From Acidiferrobacter sp. (GTDB lineage Bacteria; Pseudomonadota; Gammaproteobacteria; Acidiferrobacterales; Acidiferrobacteraceae), in the NCBI GenBank assembly GCA_027449165.1, contig DAIDMD010000050.1, positions 2,792 through 66,791 of the forward strand: a stretch of DNA of 64,000 nt, given 5' to 3'. Each line of letters begins with the position of its first letter. Position 1 is the first letter of the stretch. A program made the position numbers and the translations under genes. Shown one piece after another: positions 42,256 through 51,383 of the stretch. The notes under the pieces were generated by a model that had not been told where the DNA came from, made no database searches, and saw only the letters and a program-made list of their open reading frames with translations.

Positions 42256-43116
42256 ATGAGAAAAGTCAGTGTATTAGGCGCCGCTCTTTGGTTCTGTGTG
42301 TCGTTCGGTGCGGCGAGTGCCGATGCACACCTTACAGTGCGCATTTTCGCTTCGGATGCGGTGGCGCAGCCCATAAGGCAGATAGGCTACCTTTTCGAGC
42401 GGGCGCATCCCAATGTTAAGCTGGACTACGAATTCGCGGCATCAGGGGTTTTTGTGGGGGCCATCAGGCAGGGGGTCCCACCGGATATCTTCATATCATC
42501 GAGCAACAAGGAGATGAACAGGCTGATATCCCTCAGCTTCATTAATTTCCCGCAGACGATCGCCTACGACTATTTTGCGGCTGCGACGCGCTGCACAAAC
42601 CCGGTCAATAGCCCGGGGTCGGTGCGGATCACCGAATCGAATCTGGTGCGCGAGATCGGATCTCCTAACGTCAAACTCGTTGTCGCGTCGCCGACGCTGA
42701 GCCCGGCGGGGCGGCATACCTTCCGGATGCTGGGAAGGATGGGCGCCGATGGCGCCGGTTCGTTTGCCGGCATCATGAGTCACTCCACGGAGGTCATTGG
42801 TCCGGACCGGGTGTTGGCGAAAGTGATGAGCGGCAAGGCGGATTTGGGGATCGTTTACGCTTCACAGATTGTGGCGGTCAAGAGAATGGGCGAGTGTCTG
42901 AACGCGATCCCCATCGCCAAGCGCTACAACCGGAAGGTGGAGTTGTCGGTTGCGCCCCTGAAGACGTCGCAGTTTCATTTTGTGGGTAGGACGAGAAGGC
43001 GCATCGATGCGGAATATGCGAGATTCCTGGTCTCAGAAAGGGCCCAGCGGATTTTTAAGGATTGGGGGTTGGTTCCGGTCAAGAACGAGCGGACCTTCTT
43101 TTCGCGTCTCTTCTAG
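42256..43116 (+). CDS. ModA-like oxyanion-binding protein (orphan, altered pocket)
   Basis: Signal peptide, FAASG, DIFISS, SPAG, ADLGIVYAS, AQRIFKDWG. Confidence 0.8.
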   Translation: MRKVSVLGAALWFCVSFGAASADAHLTVRIFASDAVAQPIRQIGYLFERAHPNVKLDYEFAASGVFVGAIRQGVPPDIFISSSNKEMNRLISLSFINFPQTIAYDYFAAATRCTNPVNSPGSVRITESNLVREIGSPNVKLVVASPTLSPAGRHTFRMLGRMGADGAGSFAGIMSHSTEVIGPDRVLAKVMSGKADLGIVYASQIVAVKRMGECLNAIPIAKRYNRKVELSVAPLKTSQFHFVGRTRRRIDAEYARFLVSERAQRIFKDWGLVPVKNERTFFSRLF

Positions 43117-43516
43117 ACGATCGGTCGGGGCCGTCGGCGCGGGCACAGGTGCCGCGGAGACGAAGAGCCGATGCGCATGGCGTTTGCCGGGCGGGAGTCC
43201 ACCTTCCAGGGCGCGTACGGACGGCGTTCTTCGCGCTGTCCGCGGCGGTTAAGGTGATGTTGGTACACGTTTGTTGAGACATGGGCGTGGGCGCAAACGT
43301 CCGAAGCGAGGGGATGGGGGGGTGGCGTAGCCGGGATGGGCTATCGGGGCTGCGCGGATCTTGGGGCCGGTGGGGCAGGCCGAAGGGCATCGAGAAGGGC
43401 GACGAGGGCGGGAACGTCCGGAGGCATGGAGGGGTGTCCAGGCGCGCCGGTGCTAGTGCCGTTCCCAGGGGGCTATGGATTGGCGTTACGAATGGTTTAA
43501 ACGGAGAACAGGTCAT

Positions 43517-44068
43517 ATGACGAGCGATGTGATAAAGCGCCGCGAATTTCTGCGAGGGTCCGTGACGGCGGTTCTTGCTGCCGCAGCCGGCGTCGGTCTG
43601 TTGCGCGGGCCACGCGCTAATGCGGCGACGATTCGCAATGTAGCGGGCTGGCCGGAGGCTTTCGGCGTGAAGGCGGTCAACAGGGTACAGGCCGCCTACG
43701 CTCAGGCGGCCGATAAGGTGCTTATGGAGAGCGTGGGAACGACGCATGTTCCGGTTTCGTCGCGGATTAAGATCTCGGCGCCCACTATCGCGGAAAACGG
43801 CGGTTCCGTGCCGGTGACGGTGTCCGTGGACTGGCCCATGACAGCCGATAACTATATCGAGGCGGTATATATGTACGTGTTTCATAATCCGGCGCCACTT
43901 GTGAGTGAATACCATTTTACACCCGCAAATGGCGAGGCCTACTTTTCGGAACGTATAAAAATGGCCAAGACCGATAATGTGCACGTTATCGCGAAGACGA
44001 ACAAAGGCGTGCTGATGGCAGCGGTGCCGCGCAAAGTGAAGGTTACGATCGGCGGTTGTGGCGGTTGA
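43517..44068 (+). CDS. soxY: Sulfur carrier SoxY
   Basis: Tat motif KRREFL, APTIAENG, C-terminal VKVTIGGCGG. Confidence 0.96.
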   Translation: MTSDVIKRREFLRGSVTAVLAAAAGVGLLRGPRANAATIRNVAGWPEAFGVKAVNRVQAAYAQAADKVLMESVGTTHVPVSSRIKISAPTIAENGGSVPVTVSVDWPMTADNYIEAVYMYVFHNPAPLVSEYHFTPANGEAYFSERIKMAKTDNVHVIAKTNKGVLMAAVPRKVKVTIGGCGG

Positions 44069-44103
44069 TTCGTCGTGGTGGATAACTGGTAAGGAGCCGC
44101 TAT

Positions 44104-44433
44104 ATGGCACGATTTGGTAATCCCATGATCCGCATGCCGGGGCATGCAAAAAAAGGCGAGGTGATCGAGGTACGGTCGCTGATCATGGATCCCATGATCA
44201 CGGGTTTTGTGAAGAATAAGGCGGGTCGTATTCCGCCGGCGGATTTTATCGAGGAGGTTACAGTCACCTTCAACGGAAAGCTGCTCATGACGGCCGACTG
44301 GGGGACCGCAGTCAGCGCAAATCCGTATCTGGCGTTTAAGATGCGCGCCGAATCGAGCGGGACGCTCAGGATGGTGTGGCGGGACAACCGGGGCCGGCAT
44401 TGGAGCACGAGTGCGAGGCTGCGAGTGACCTAG
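44104..44433 (+). CDS. soxZ: SoxZ
   Basis: EVRSLIM.PM.TG, WGTAVSANPY, WRDNRG; follows soxY. Confidence 0.92.
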   Translation: MARFGNPMIRMPGHAKKGEVIEVRSLIMDPMITGFVKNKAGRIPPADFIEEVTVTFNGKLLMTADWGTAVSANPYLAFKMRAESSGTLRMVWRDNRGRHWSTSARLRVT

Positions 44434-44473
44434 AATAGGGGGTGCGTCGTGGATAATACCGGATATTAAAGCG

Positions 44474-45019
44474 GTGAGTGGATTTGGAAGAATCGCCATT
44501 GCGATGGTCATTGGGGCGCTCGTGGGTGGCGGAGTGGTCTACAGCTTTATGGGGCAGCGTCCTAAGGTGGCGTCGATCACCTACGTCAAGGGAATGCCGC
44601 CCGTGACGACCAATGACCCTTTGTATGTGGTCAACGTTCAAAAAGGAGTGACTCCTTCCCAGATTGCGATCGGCATCGAGACCGCGGCCGAGGGCGAGAA
44701 CATGAACGTGGTCGGGACGCTTAATATCGAAAAGGGCCTCAAGGCGCGAGGGATCAAGACAGACGAGCCCTATGTGATTTATGAGGTCTGCAATCTGGTT
44801 TTGGGTGCGGGCATTCTCAAAACCACCCCCGAGTTCGGGGCCTTCGCCCCTTGCAAAATCGTGTTGTTCGAGCAGGGCGGGCATCTCAAGCTCCTCACCT
44901 ACTTGCCGACCTATGCGCTGCGTTACTTCCCGCCCAATGCCGCGAGCGCTCGGGTGGCGAAGAAGCTGGATATTCTGATCATTCGGATCATGAAGCAGGC
45001 GGCGGCCGGCGGCTTTTAA
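44474..45019 (+). CDS. DUF302-domain membrane-anchored protein
   Basis: N-terminal TM, YVIYEVCN, FAPCKIVL. Confidence 0.75.
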   Translation: MSGFGRIAIAMVIGALVGGGVVYSFMGQRPKVASITYVKGMPPVTTNDPLYVVNVQKGVTPSQIAIGIETAAEGENMNVVGTLNIEKGLKARGIKTDEPYVIYEVCNLVLGAGILKTTPEFGAFAPCKIVLFEQGGHLKLLTYLPTYALRYFPPNAASARVAKKLDILIIRIMKQAAAGGF

Positions 45020-45046
45020 CCGCGATCTAGCAAACGGGAGGGGCGC

Positions 45047-46774
45047 ATGCACTTGTCCAGACGGGATTTCTTGCAGTTGATGGGTGCCGCCGGTGCTGCC
45101 GGTTTTCTGACGCCGGGTGCCATCAAGGCGGCCTGGGGTGGTGAGAGGGATCCCTACGATATCCCGCCGTACGGCAATGTCAGCCTGCTGCACATGACCG
45201 ATTCCCATGCCCAGCTTCTGCCGGTGTGGTGGCGGGAGCCCGGCACCAATATCGGCGTGGGCAAGGCGTGGAATCAGACGCCCCATCTGGTTGGTAACTG
45301 GAAGTTACGATACTACGGCGTCAAGGCAGGCACTCCAGAGGGTTACGCGCTCTCATGCCTCGATTACGATACCCTTGCCCATCGGTACGGCAAGATCGGT
45401 GGCTATGCCCATATCGCGAGTATCGTGAAGCGTTTTCGCAATGATCTCGGTGACCGGATGATTTTCCTGGACGGCGGCGACAGCTGGCAGGGATCAGCCA
45501 CCAGCCTATGGACCAAGGCCGCTGATATGGTTGGTGCGCAGAACCTTCTGGGGGTTGAGTACTTTGTGGGCCACTGGGAGTTCACCTACGGTCAGGATCG
45601 CGTCAACTATCTCATTAAGCACCGGCTCAAGGCCCAATTCCTGGCGCAGAACGTCTTCACCATCCCGTGGCAGGAACCGGTATTCACCCCCTACGCAATT
45701 CACGAGGTGCGGGGATACAAGGTCGCCATTATCGGCCAGGCATTCCCGTTCACGCCGATCGCGAATCCCGCCTATCTTATCCCCGATTGGGGTTTCGCCA
45801 TCCACACGGGCCATATGCAGAAAATGGTTAACGAGTGCCGTGAGCATCACAAGGCGGACGTGGTGGTTGTGCTCTCTCACAACGGCGCCGACGTGGATAA
45901 GAAGATGGCGGGCCTCGTCAAGGGCATCGACATTATACTTGGCGGGCACACGCACGAGATCATGGGGCCGCGTCCTTTCAGGGTCAACGATACCCTGATC
46001 GTAAATACCAGCACCAATGGCAAGGTACTCGCGCGTTTTGATCTCGACGTGGGCAAGGGTCGTCTCAACGGCTGGCGCTACCACTTCCTGCCCGTTATCG
46101 CAAGTTTCGTGCCTGCCGACCCCGATATGGCGGCTTACATCCGCGAGGCCCGAGCGCCCTATCTCGCCCGGCTTGGCGAGCCCTTAGCGACCACAGAGAG
46201 CCTGTTGTATCGCCGAGACAACTTCAACGGCACTTTCGATCAGGTGATCTGTAATGCCTTGAGGGAGGAATTGGATTGCGAGGCGGCGTTTTCTCCGGGA
46301 TTTCGCTGGGGTTACTGCAAGCTCCCGGGCGAGACGATCACCATGGAGGATCTGATGGCGCAGACGGCCATCACCTATCCCGAGGCCACGATCACGGAGT
46401 ATACCGGCGGCGAGATCAAGAACATCCTGGAGCAGGTGGCGGACAACATCTTTAACAAGGATCCCTACTACATTCAGGGCGGCGATATGATCCGGGTTGG
46501 TCATATCGATTACACCTTCAATCCCAATGAGACTATCGGTCGGCGTTGTAGCGATATACGCATCAACGGCAAGCAGATGTCGCGAACCAAGAAATACAAA
46601 ATCGCCGGCTGGGCGGCAATGACGCGTGTCGAGGGCAAGGCGGTGTGGGATCTCGTGGCCAATTACTTGCGACGCGAGAAGACTGTCCGCGTTGATCGGG
46701 TCGACCTCCCGCGCTTGACGCGGAACATGCGGGGTAACCATGGCATCGCCTTCCCCGGAAAATACAAGATTTAG
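45047..46774 (+). CDS. soxB: Thiosulfohydrolase SoxB
   Basis: Tat SRRDFL, LLHMTDSHAQL, DGGDSWQGS, GHWEF, SHNG, GGHTH, SPGFRWG. Confidence 0.97.
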   Translation: MHLSRRDFLQLMGAAGAAGFLTPGAIKAAWGGERDPYDIPPYGNVSLLHMTDSHAQLLPVWWREPGTNIGVGKAWNQTPHLVGNWKLRYYGVKAGTPEGYALSCLDYDTLAHRYGKIGGYAHIASIVKRFRNDLGDRMIFLDGGDSWQGSATSLWTKAADMVGAQNLLGVEYFVGHWEFTYGQDRVNYLIKHRLKAQFLAQNVFTIPWQEPVFTPYAIHEVRGYKVAIIGQAFPFTPIANPAYLIPDWGFAIHTGHMQKMVNECREHHKADVVVVLSHNGADVDKKMAGLVKGIDIILGGHTHEIMGPRPFRVNDTLIVNTSTNGKVLARFDLDVGKGRLNGWRYHFLPVIASFVPADPDMAAYIREARAPYLARLGEPLATTESLLYRRDNFNGTFDQVICNALREELDCEAAFSPGFRWGYCKLPGETITMEDLMAQTAITYPEATITEYTGGEIKNILEQVADNIFNKDPYYIQGGDMIRVGHIDYTFNPNETIGRRCSDIRINGKQMSRTKKYKIAGWAAMTRVEGKAVWDLVANYLRREKTVRVDRVDLPRLTRNMRGNHGIAFPGKYKI

Positions 46775-46780
46775 TATCGC

Positions 46781-46833
46781 GACCGGCCCCGGCCTTATGG
46801 CGCCGGTCACGAAGGGGGTAGGGGCGGTTTTTT
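46781..46833 (+). terminator. Putative terminator after soxB
   Basis: GACCGGC/GCCGGTC hairpin, T-run at 46828-33. Confidence 0.4.
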
Positions 46834-46837
46834 CGAG

Positions 46838-47140
46838 GCCCTGACGATCCGGATGGTCCCGGTTGGGTATTTGGAAACCACCAGCGCGGCGAAGGCTGCC
46901 TCCATCCTGATGGCCAAAAGCCCTCGACAGATGCTGTTGCGCGGCGAGAGCCTTCGCCTTCCGGCAGGGGATGCAAATCCCGATAACGATCCCCAGACGC
47001 CGTCCGTGAGGCCTTGCGGCATAATCTTCATCTCGTGGTGGCGGCGGTCGGCTATGCGGTCGTGCCTGTCCTGGTTTATCACGAAAGGACGGATGGCCGC
47101 GCGACGTTTGTCGTCGGTCGGCCGGGATTGCGGGCATCCG
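46838..47140 (+). pseudogene. 5'-truncated, frameshifted DsbG-like thioredoxin remnant
   Basis: LTIRMVPVGYLETTSAAKAASILMAKSP, then in another frame VVPVLVY; aligns by eye with the intact gene at 59260. Confidence 0.65.
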
Positions 47141-47168
47141 GCAATGAGCCGCGGGCGGGAGGGTTCCT

Positions 47169-48374
47169 TTATGGCGAGGCCTTGGTGACCGGGTCGGCTG
47201 GACGGTGACCGGCGGCCGACAGGCGCGCGGCAAGGAAGGCGCAGGCCAACGCCACGGGCGGCAGCGTCAGGAGGGCGGCATGCACGCCGAGGGCCGAGGT
47301 CTCGGCCCCGAAGCCGAGCAGCAGTAGGGCGCCCAGGCTGTTGCCAAGCCCGAGCGCGATCCCCGAGCCCAGGCTGCGGTTTTCCGGGAAGATGTCTTGC
47401 CCGACGAGAACCGACACCGGAAGCGCGCTGAATATGGCCACCCCGAGAAGGCCAAGCACCACCCACAGGATCCATCCCGAGCTTGCCAGATAGACCGTGA
47501 TGAGCAAGGCGGTCAGAAGGCTCGATCCGATCAGCACGATCGGGCGCCCGAGACGGTCGGCGACAAGGCCGCCGCTCACGTTGCCGACGACACCCACTAC
47601 GAGCAGGACGCTGATAAGAGAGGCGCCGCCGACGAGCGAACCGCCGGTATGATGCCAGAGGATCGGCAGGAAGGTCACCAGGGCATAGAGGACGAACGAG
47701 CGCAGGGACACATAGGCGATCAGGGTCGAGGCCGGCCGGGCATGGCGGCGCCAATAAAGCGGCGCGGCGGTCGCCGGGCGCGGGGCGAGCGGCGGCAGCA
47801 GGAGCGCGACCAAGGGTATGGATAACAGTGCCGGTAGCGCGATAATCCAGAGGCCGGAGGCGCTGAAGCGGGCGACGACGAGGCTTGCCAGCAAGGGATA
47901 GATCCCGCGCCCGAGTTCCCCGCCGACCAGAAACACGGACATGACCGCGCCATGACCCTTTTGGGCCAGACTGCGCGCCAAGGCCAGCGATTGCGGGTGA
48001 AAGACTGCGTTTGACACACCAATCAAGGCGAGCGCGGCAAGCAAGGTCGCGAGATGGGCACTGAGCCCCACCAGGACCAAACCAATGCTCGTGCCGGTGA
48101 CGCCGAGGATCGCCAGGGTCTTGCCGCCCAGGCGGTCGGAGAGCCAACCCGTGAACGGTTGGAGGCCTTGGCCGATCAAGAGTGTGGTCATGATGCCGGA
48201 GGCCGATCCCGCCCCCTCGTGCAGGCCCTGGAGGATGGCAGGAAGGATGCCGGGCAGGAAGTTGGCGGCCCCGTCATTTAAGAAATGGAGCCAGGCCAGA
48301 CCGAGGAGGGGGGTCCCCGATGACCGGTTGGCGGACCTGTCGGCGGGCGACGGGCGAGTGGACAGAAGCGACAT
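47169..48374 (-). CDS. MFS transporter (Fsr-like)
   Basis: HFLND, QPFTGWLSDRLG, NAVFHP, about 12 TM helices. Confidence 0.9.
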   Translation of the reverse strand: MSLLSTRPSPADRSANRSSGTPLLGLAWLHFLNDGAANFLPGILPAILQGLHEGAGSASGIMTTLLIGQGLQPFTGWLSDRLGGKTLAILGVTGTSIGLVLVGLSAHLATLLAALALIGVSNAVFHPQSLALARSLAQKGHGAVMSVFLVGGELGRGIYPLLASLVVARFSASGLWIIALPALLSIPLVALLLPPLAPRPATAAPLYWRRHARPASTLIAYVSLRSFVLYALVTFLPILWHHTGGSLVGGASLISVLLVVGVVGNVSGGLVADRLGRPIVLIGSSLLTALLITVYLASSGWILWVVLGLLGVAIFSALPVSVLVGQDIFPENRSLGSGIALGLGNSLGALLLLGFGAETSALGVHAALLTLPPVALACAFLAARLSAAGHRPADPVTKASP

Positions 48375-49398
48375 CGGTTATGGCCTCCGGGGGTGATGGG
48401 GTGAAGCAGGAAACCAGTGCCGCCTGGCCGCCGGCCTCAAGCCAAGGCGCGCGATCGCGACGGACCCGGCGTCGAGCAACCCGATGCGCGGATATCCCGG
48501 ATCGTTCGGGCCGAGGGTCAGGAAGGCGCCCCGGCGCGCCGGGGCGCGCCATGATGGCATAGCTTTGGGGAAAGCCCAAGAGTCTTGCTGAAGTGGCGTT
48601 GGCAATTACCCGGATCGCCCTGCCGTGTCGAGGGTGCAACTTTTGCGCGGGGCGGGATGGGGCGGCCGCCGGTCTGAACGGCGGGGTGAGCGAGATCCGC
48701 TCGTAACGGGTCGGCGGGATCCTGGCGGCCGCGCCGCGGATTGGGGCGGGCAACGCGTGTCCGGTCCGTTGAGACCTCGGACGTGCCGCGGAATGGCGTG
48801 ATGATGTCGGCTGCGCCGGTGCGACCCAAAGGGTCGTGGGGAGAATGCGGTAGGGCCGTGGGCGCCGGCCTGTTTCGGAGGGCAGCGGCGGGGGGGGTTG
48901 CGGCTAGACGGCATGAACCTTGCTCGCGTGATAGAGGGACGGGCGGGACGCGCCCCCGGGATCGATGGGCCGGGCGGCTGCGCCCGGGCCTGCGGATGCG
49001 GAACCAAACGCGCCACCTTCGCATCCAACGGGCTGACGAAACGGCCCGGCTCGGACCGGGCCACGCGGTGAGGGATCGGGAATGGGCGACCGCGACCGCT
49101 CATCGAAAACCTCGCGCTCGGGGCGCGACTTCGCCCAAACGAAGTCTAAGCTTGTAGAGTGCGAGGATGTGGTGAAGGATATACGGGGTGGCCACGGGCA
49201 ATGAGGGACGCGGGCCTTGTCGGCGCGGCGTAAGCTGGGCGTAACGGTGGAGATGAGGAGGCACAGACCCGAAAGGGGGCGAAAGGGCCGCGGCGGCACG
49301 TAATAGGGCCGCGCCATGCGCCGCATGAGGGCAGATGACGCGCGGCTGTGGTGCAAGGCGGACGTAGGATTCGCACGAGAGATCGCGAGGGGTGGATT

Positions 49399-51333
49399 AT
49401 GGCGCTATTTGATCAGTATCAAGAACGCTTCAGGCAGCAACGGGAAGTGACGATGACGCTTGATGAGTACCTCAAGCTCTGCGCCCAGGACCCCCTGGCC
49501 TACGCCTCAGCCGCCGAACGGATGCTGGCGGCGATCGGCGAACCGCATGTCGTCGATAGCCAGTCGGACGCGCGTCTTGCGCGGATCTTCATGAACCGCA
49601 AGATCCTGACCTATCCCGCATTCGAGGATTTTTATGGGATCGAAGACGTCGTGGAGAATCTTGTCTCCTATTTTCGCCATGCGGCCCAGGGTCTAGAGGA
49701 GCGCAAGCAGATCCTCTATCTCCTGGGTCCGGTCGGGGCCGCCAAATCGTCGCTCGCCGAGCGCCTGAAGGCCCTGATGGAGAGATACCCGATCTATTGC
49801 CTGGCCGCCGACGGCCGGGTGTCGCCGCTCTACGAATCGCCGCTCGGGCTCTTCGACCAGACCGAAGATGGGCCGGTTCTCGAGGAGCGCTATGGCATAC
49901 CGCGGCGCGCCCTCCAGGGCGTCATGTCCCCATGGGCCGCCAAGCGCCTTCGCGAATTCGAGGGGGATATCCGCCGGTTCTCGGTGGTGCGCCTGAACCC
50001 GTCGCAGCTGCACCAGATCGGGATCACCAAGGTGGAGCCCGGCGATGAAAACAACCAGGACATCGCAAGCCTGGTCGGCAAGGTGGACATCCGCAAGCTC
50101 GAGGATTTCTCTCAGGACGATCCGGACGCATACTCCTACGCCGGCGGCCTGAACGTCACCACCCAGGGCGTCCTTGAGTTCGTCGAGATGTTCAAGGCAC
50201 CGATCAAGATGCTGCACCCGCTGCTCACGGCGACCCAGGAGGGCACATACAACGGGACCGAGGGCTTCGGCGCCATGCCCTACCAGGGGATCATCCTGGC
50301 GCACAGCAACGAATCGGAGTGGGCGGCGTTCCGTAACAACAAGCGCAACGAGGCCTTCCTCGACCGGGTGTTCATCGTGAAGGTCCCGTACTGTCTGCGC
50401 GTGACCGAAGAGACGCGCATCTATCGCAAGCTGCTCGAAAACAGCGCGCTGAGCAAGGCCCCGTGCGCGACCGACACCTTGGAGATGCTGGCGCGGTTTT
50501 CGGTGCTGAGTCGCCTGAAGGATCCCGGCAACAGCAGTCTCTGGTCCAAGATGGAGATCTACGACGGCAAGACCCTGAAGGATCGCGATCAGCAGGCCAA
50601 GAGCCTCCAGGAATATCGGGACGTCGCCGGGGTCGACGAAGGCATGGCCGGGATTTCGACCCGGTTTGCCTACAAGATCCTGTCGCGGACCTTCAACTAC
50701 GACTCCGAGGAGGTGGCCGCGAATCCGGTCCATCTCCTGCACGTCCTGGAGACGCAGATCCGCGCCGAACAGTTCCCGCCGGATCTGGAGGCCCGGTATC
50801 TCAGCTTTCTCAAAGACGAGCTCGCGTCGCGCTACGCGGAATTCCTGGGGCTCGAGATCCAGAAGGCCTATCTCGAGAGCTACGGGGACTATGGGCAGAA
50901 CCTGTTTGATCGGTATATCCAGTACGCCGACTTCTGGCTGCAAGACACCGAGTTCCGCGATCCCGATACCGGCCAGATCATGAACCGGACGCTTTTGAAC
51001 GAGGATCTTGAGAAGATCGAGAAGCCGGCCGGGATCGCGAACCCTAAGGATTTCCGCAACGAGGTGGTCAACTTCGTGTTGCGCGCCAAGGCCAACAACG
51101 GCGGCAAGAGCCCGGCGTGGACAAGCTACGAGAAGCTGCGGGTCGTGATCGAGAAAAAGATGTTCGCCAATACCGAGGATCTGCTTCCCGTGATCTCGTT
51201 TGGCAAGAAGCGGACCTCGGAAGACGAGCGCAAGCACCACGATTTCGTGGTGCGCATGCAGGAAAAGGGCTATACCGAGAAGCAGGTGCGGCTGCTTGTG
51301 GATTGGTATATGCGCTACCGGAAGCATCACTGA
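49399..51333 (+). CDS. yeaG: PrkA/YeaG-family AAA+ Ser kinase
   Basis: LLGPVGAAKS, EPGDENNQD, EMFKAPIK.LHPLL, AHSNESEW. Confidence 0.95.
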   Translation: MALFDQYQERFRQQREVTMTLDEYLKLCAQDPLAYASAAERMLAAIGEPHVVDSQSDARLARIFMNRKILTYPAFEDFYGIEDVVENLVSYFRHAAQGLEERKQILYLLGPVGAAKSSLAERLKALMERYPIYCLAADGRVSPLYESPLGLFDQTEDGPVLEERYGIPRRALQGVMSPWAAKRLREFEGDIRRFSVVRLNPSQLHQIGITKVEPGDENNQDIASLVGKVDIRKLEDFSQDDPDAYSYAGGLNVTTQGVLEFVEMFKAPIKMLHPLLTATQEGTYNGTEGFGAMPYQGIILAHSNESEWAAFRNNKRNEAFLDRVFIVKVPYCLRVTEETRIYRKLLENSALSKAPCATDTLEMLARFSVLSRLKDPGNSSLWSKMEIYDGKTLKDRDQQAKSLQEYRDVAGVDEGMAGISTRFAYKILSRTFNYDSEEVAANPVHLLHVLETQIRAEQFPPDLEARYLSFLKDELASRYAEFLGLEIQKAYLESYGDYGQNLFDRYIQYADFWLQDTEFRDPDTGQIMNRTLLNEDLEKIEKPAGIANPKDFRNEVVNFVLRAKANNGGKSPAWTSYEKLRVVIEKKMFANTEDLLPVISFGKKRTSEDERKHHDFVVRMQEKGYTEKQVRLLVDWYMRYRKHH

Positions 51334-51383
51334 TAGGTGGAAGCGGCGCGGCGACGCGTGCCGCTTCGAAGGAGGGGGTTTCC

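Noticed and set aside
43260-43460. sigma54-like GG/GC motifs upstream of soxY (also near 48555)
   Set aside because: GG-to-GC spacing is off by one or the -12 GC is missing
49255-49320. Faint likeness to a c-di-GMP-I riboswitch (GGCACA...GAAA...GGCGAAAG)
   Set aside because: Stem is only about 3 bp and key conserved bases are missing; not supportable without a covariance search
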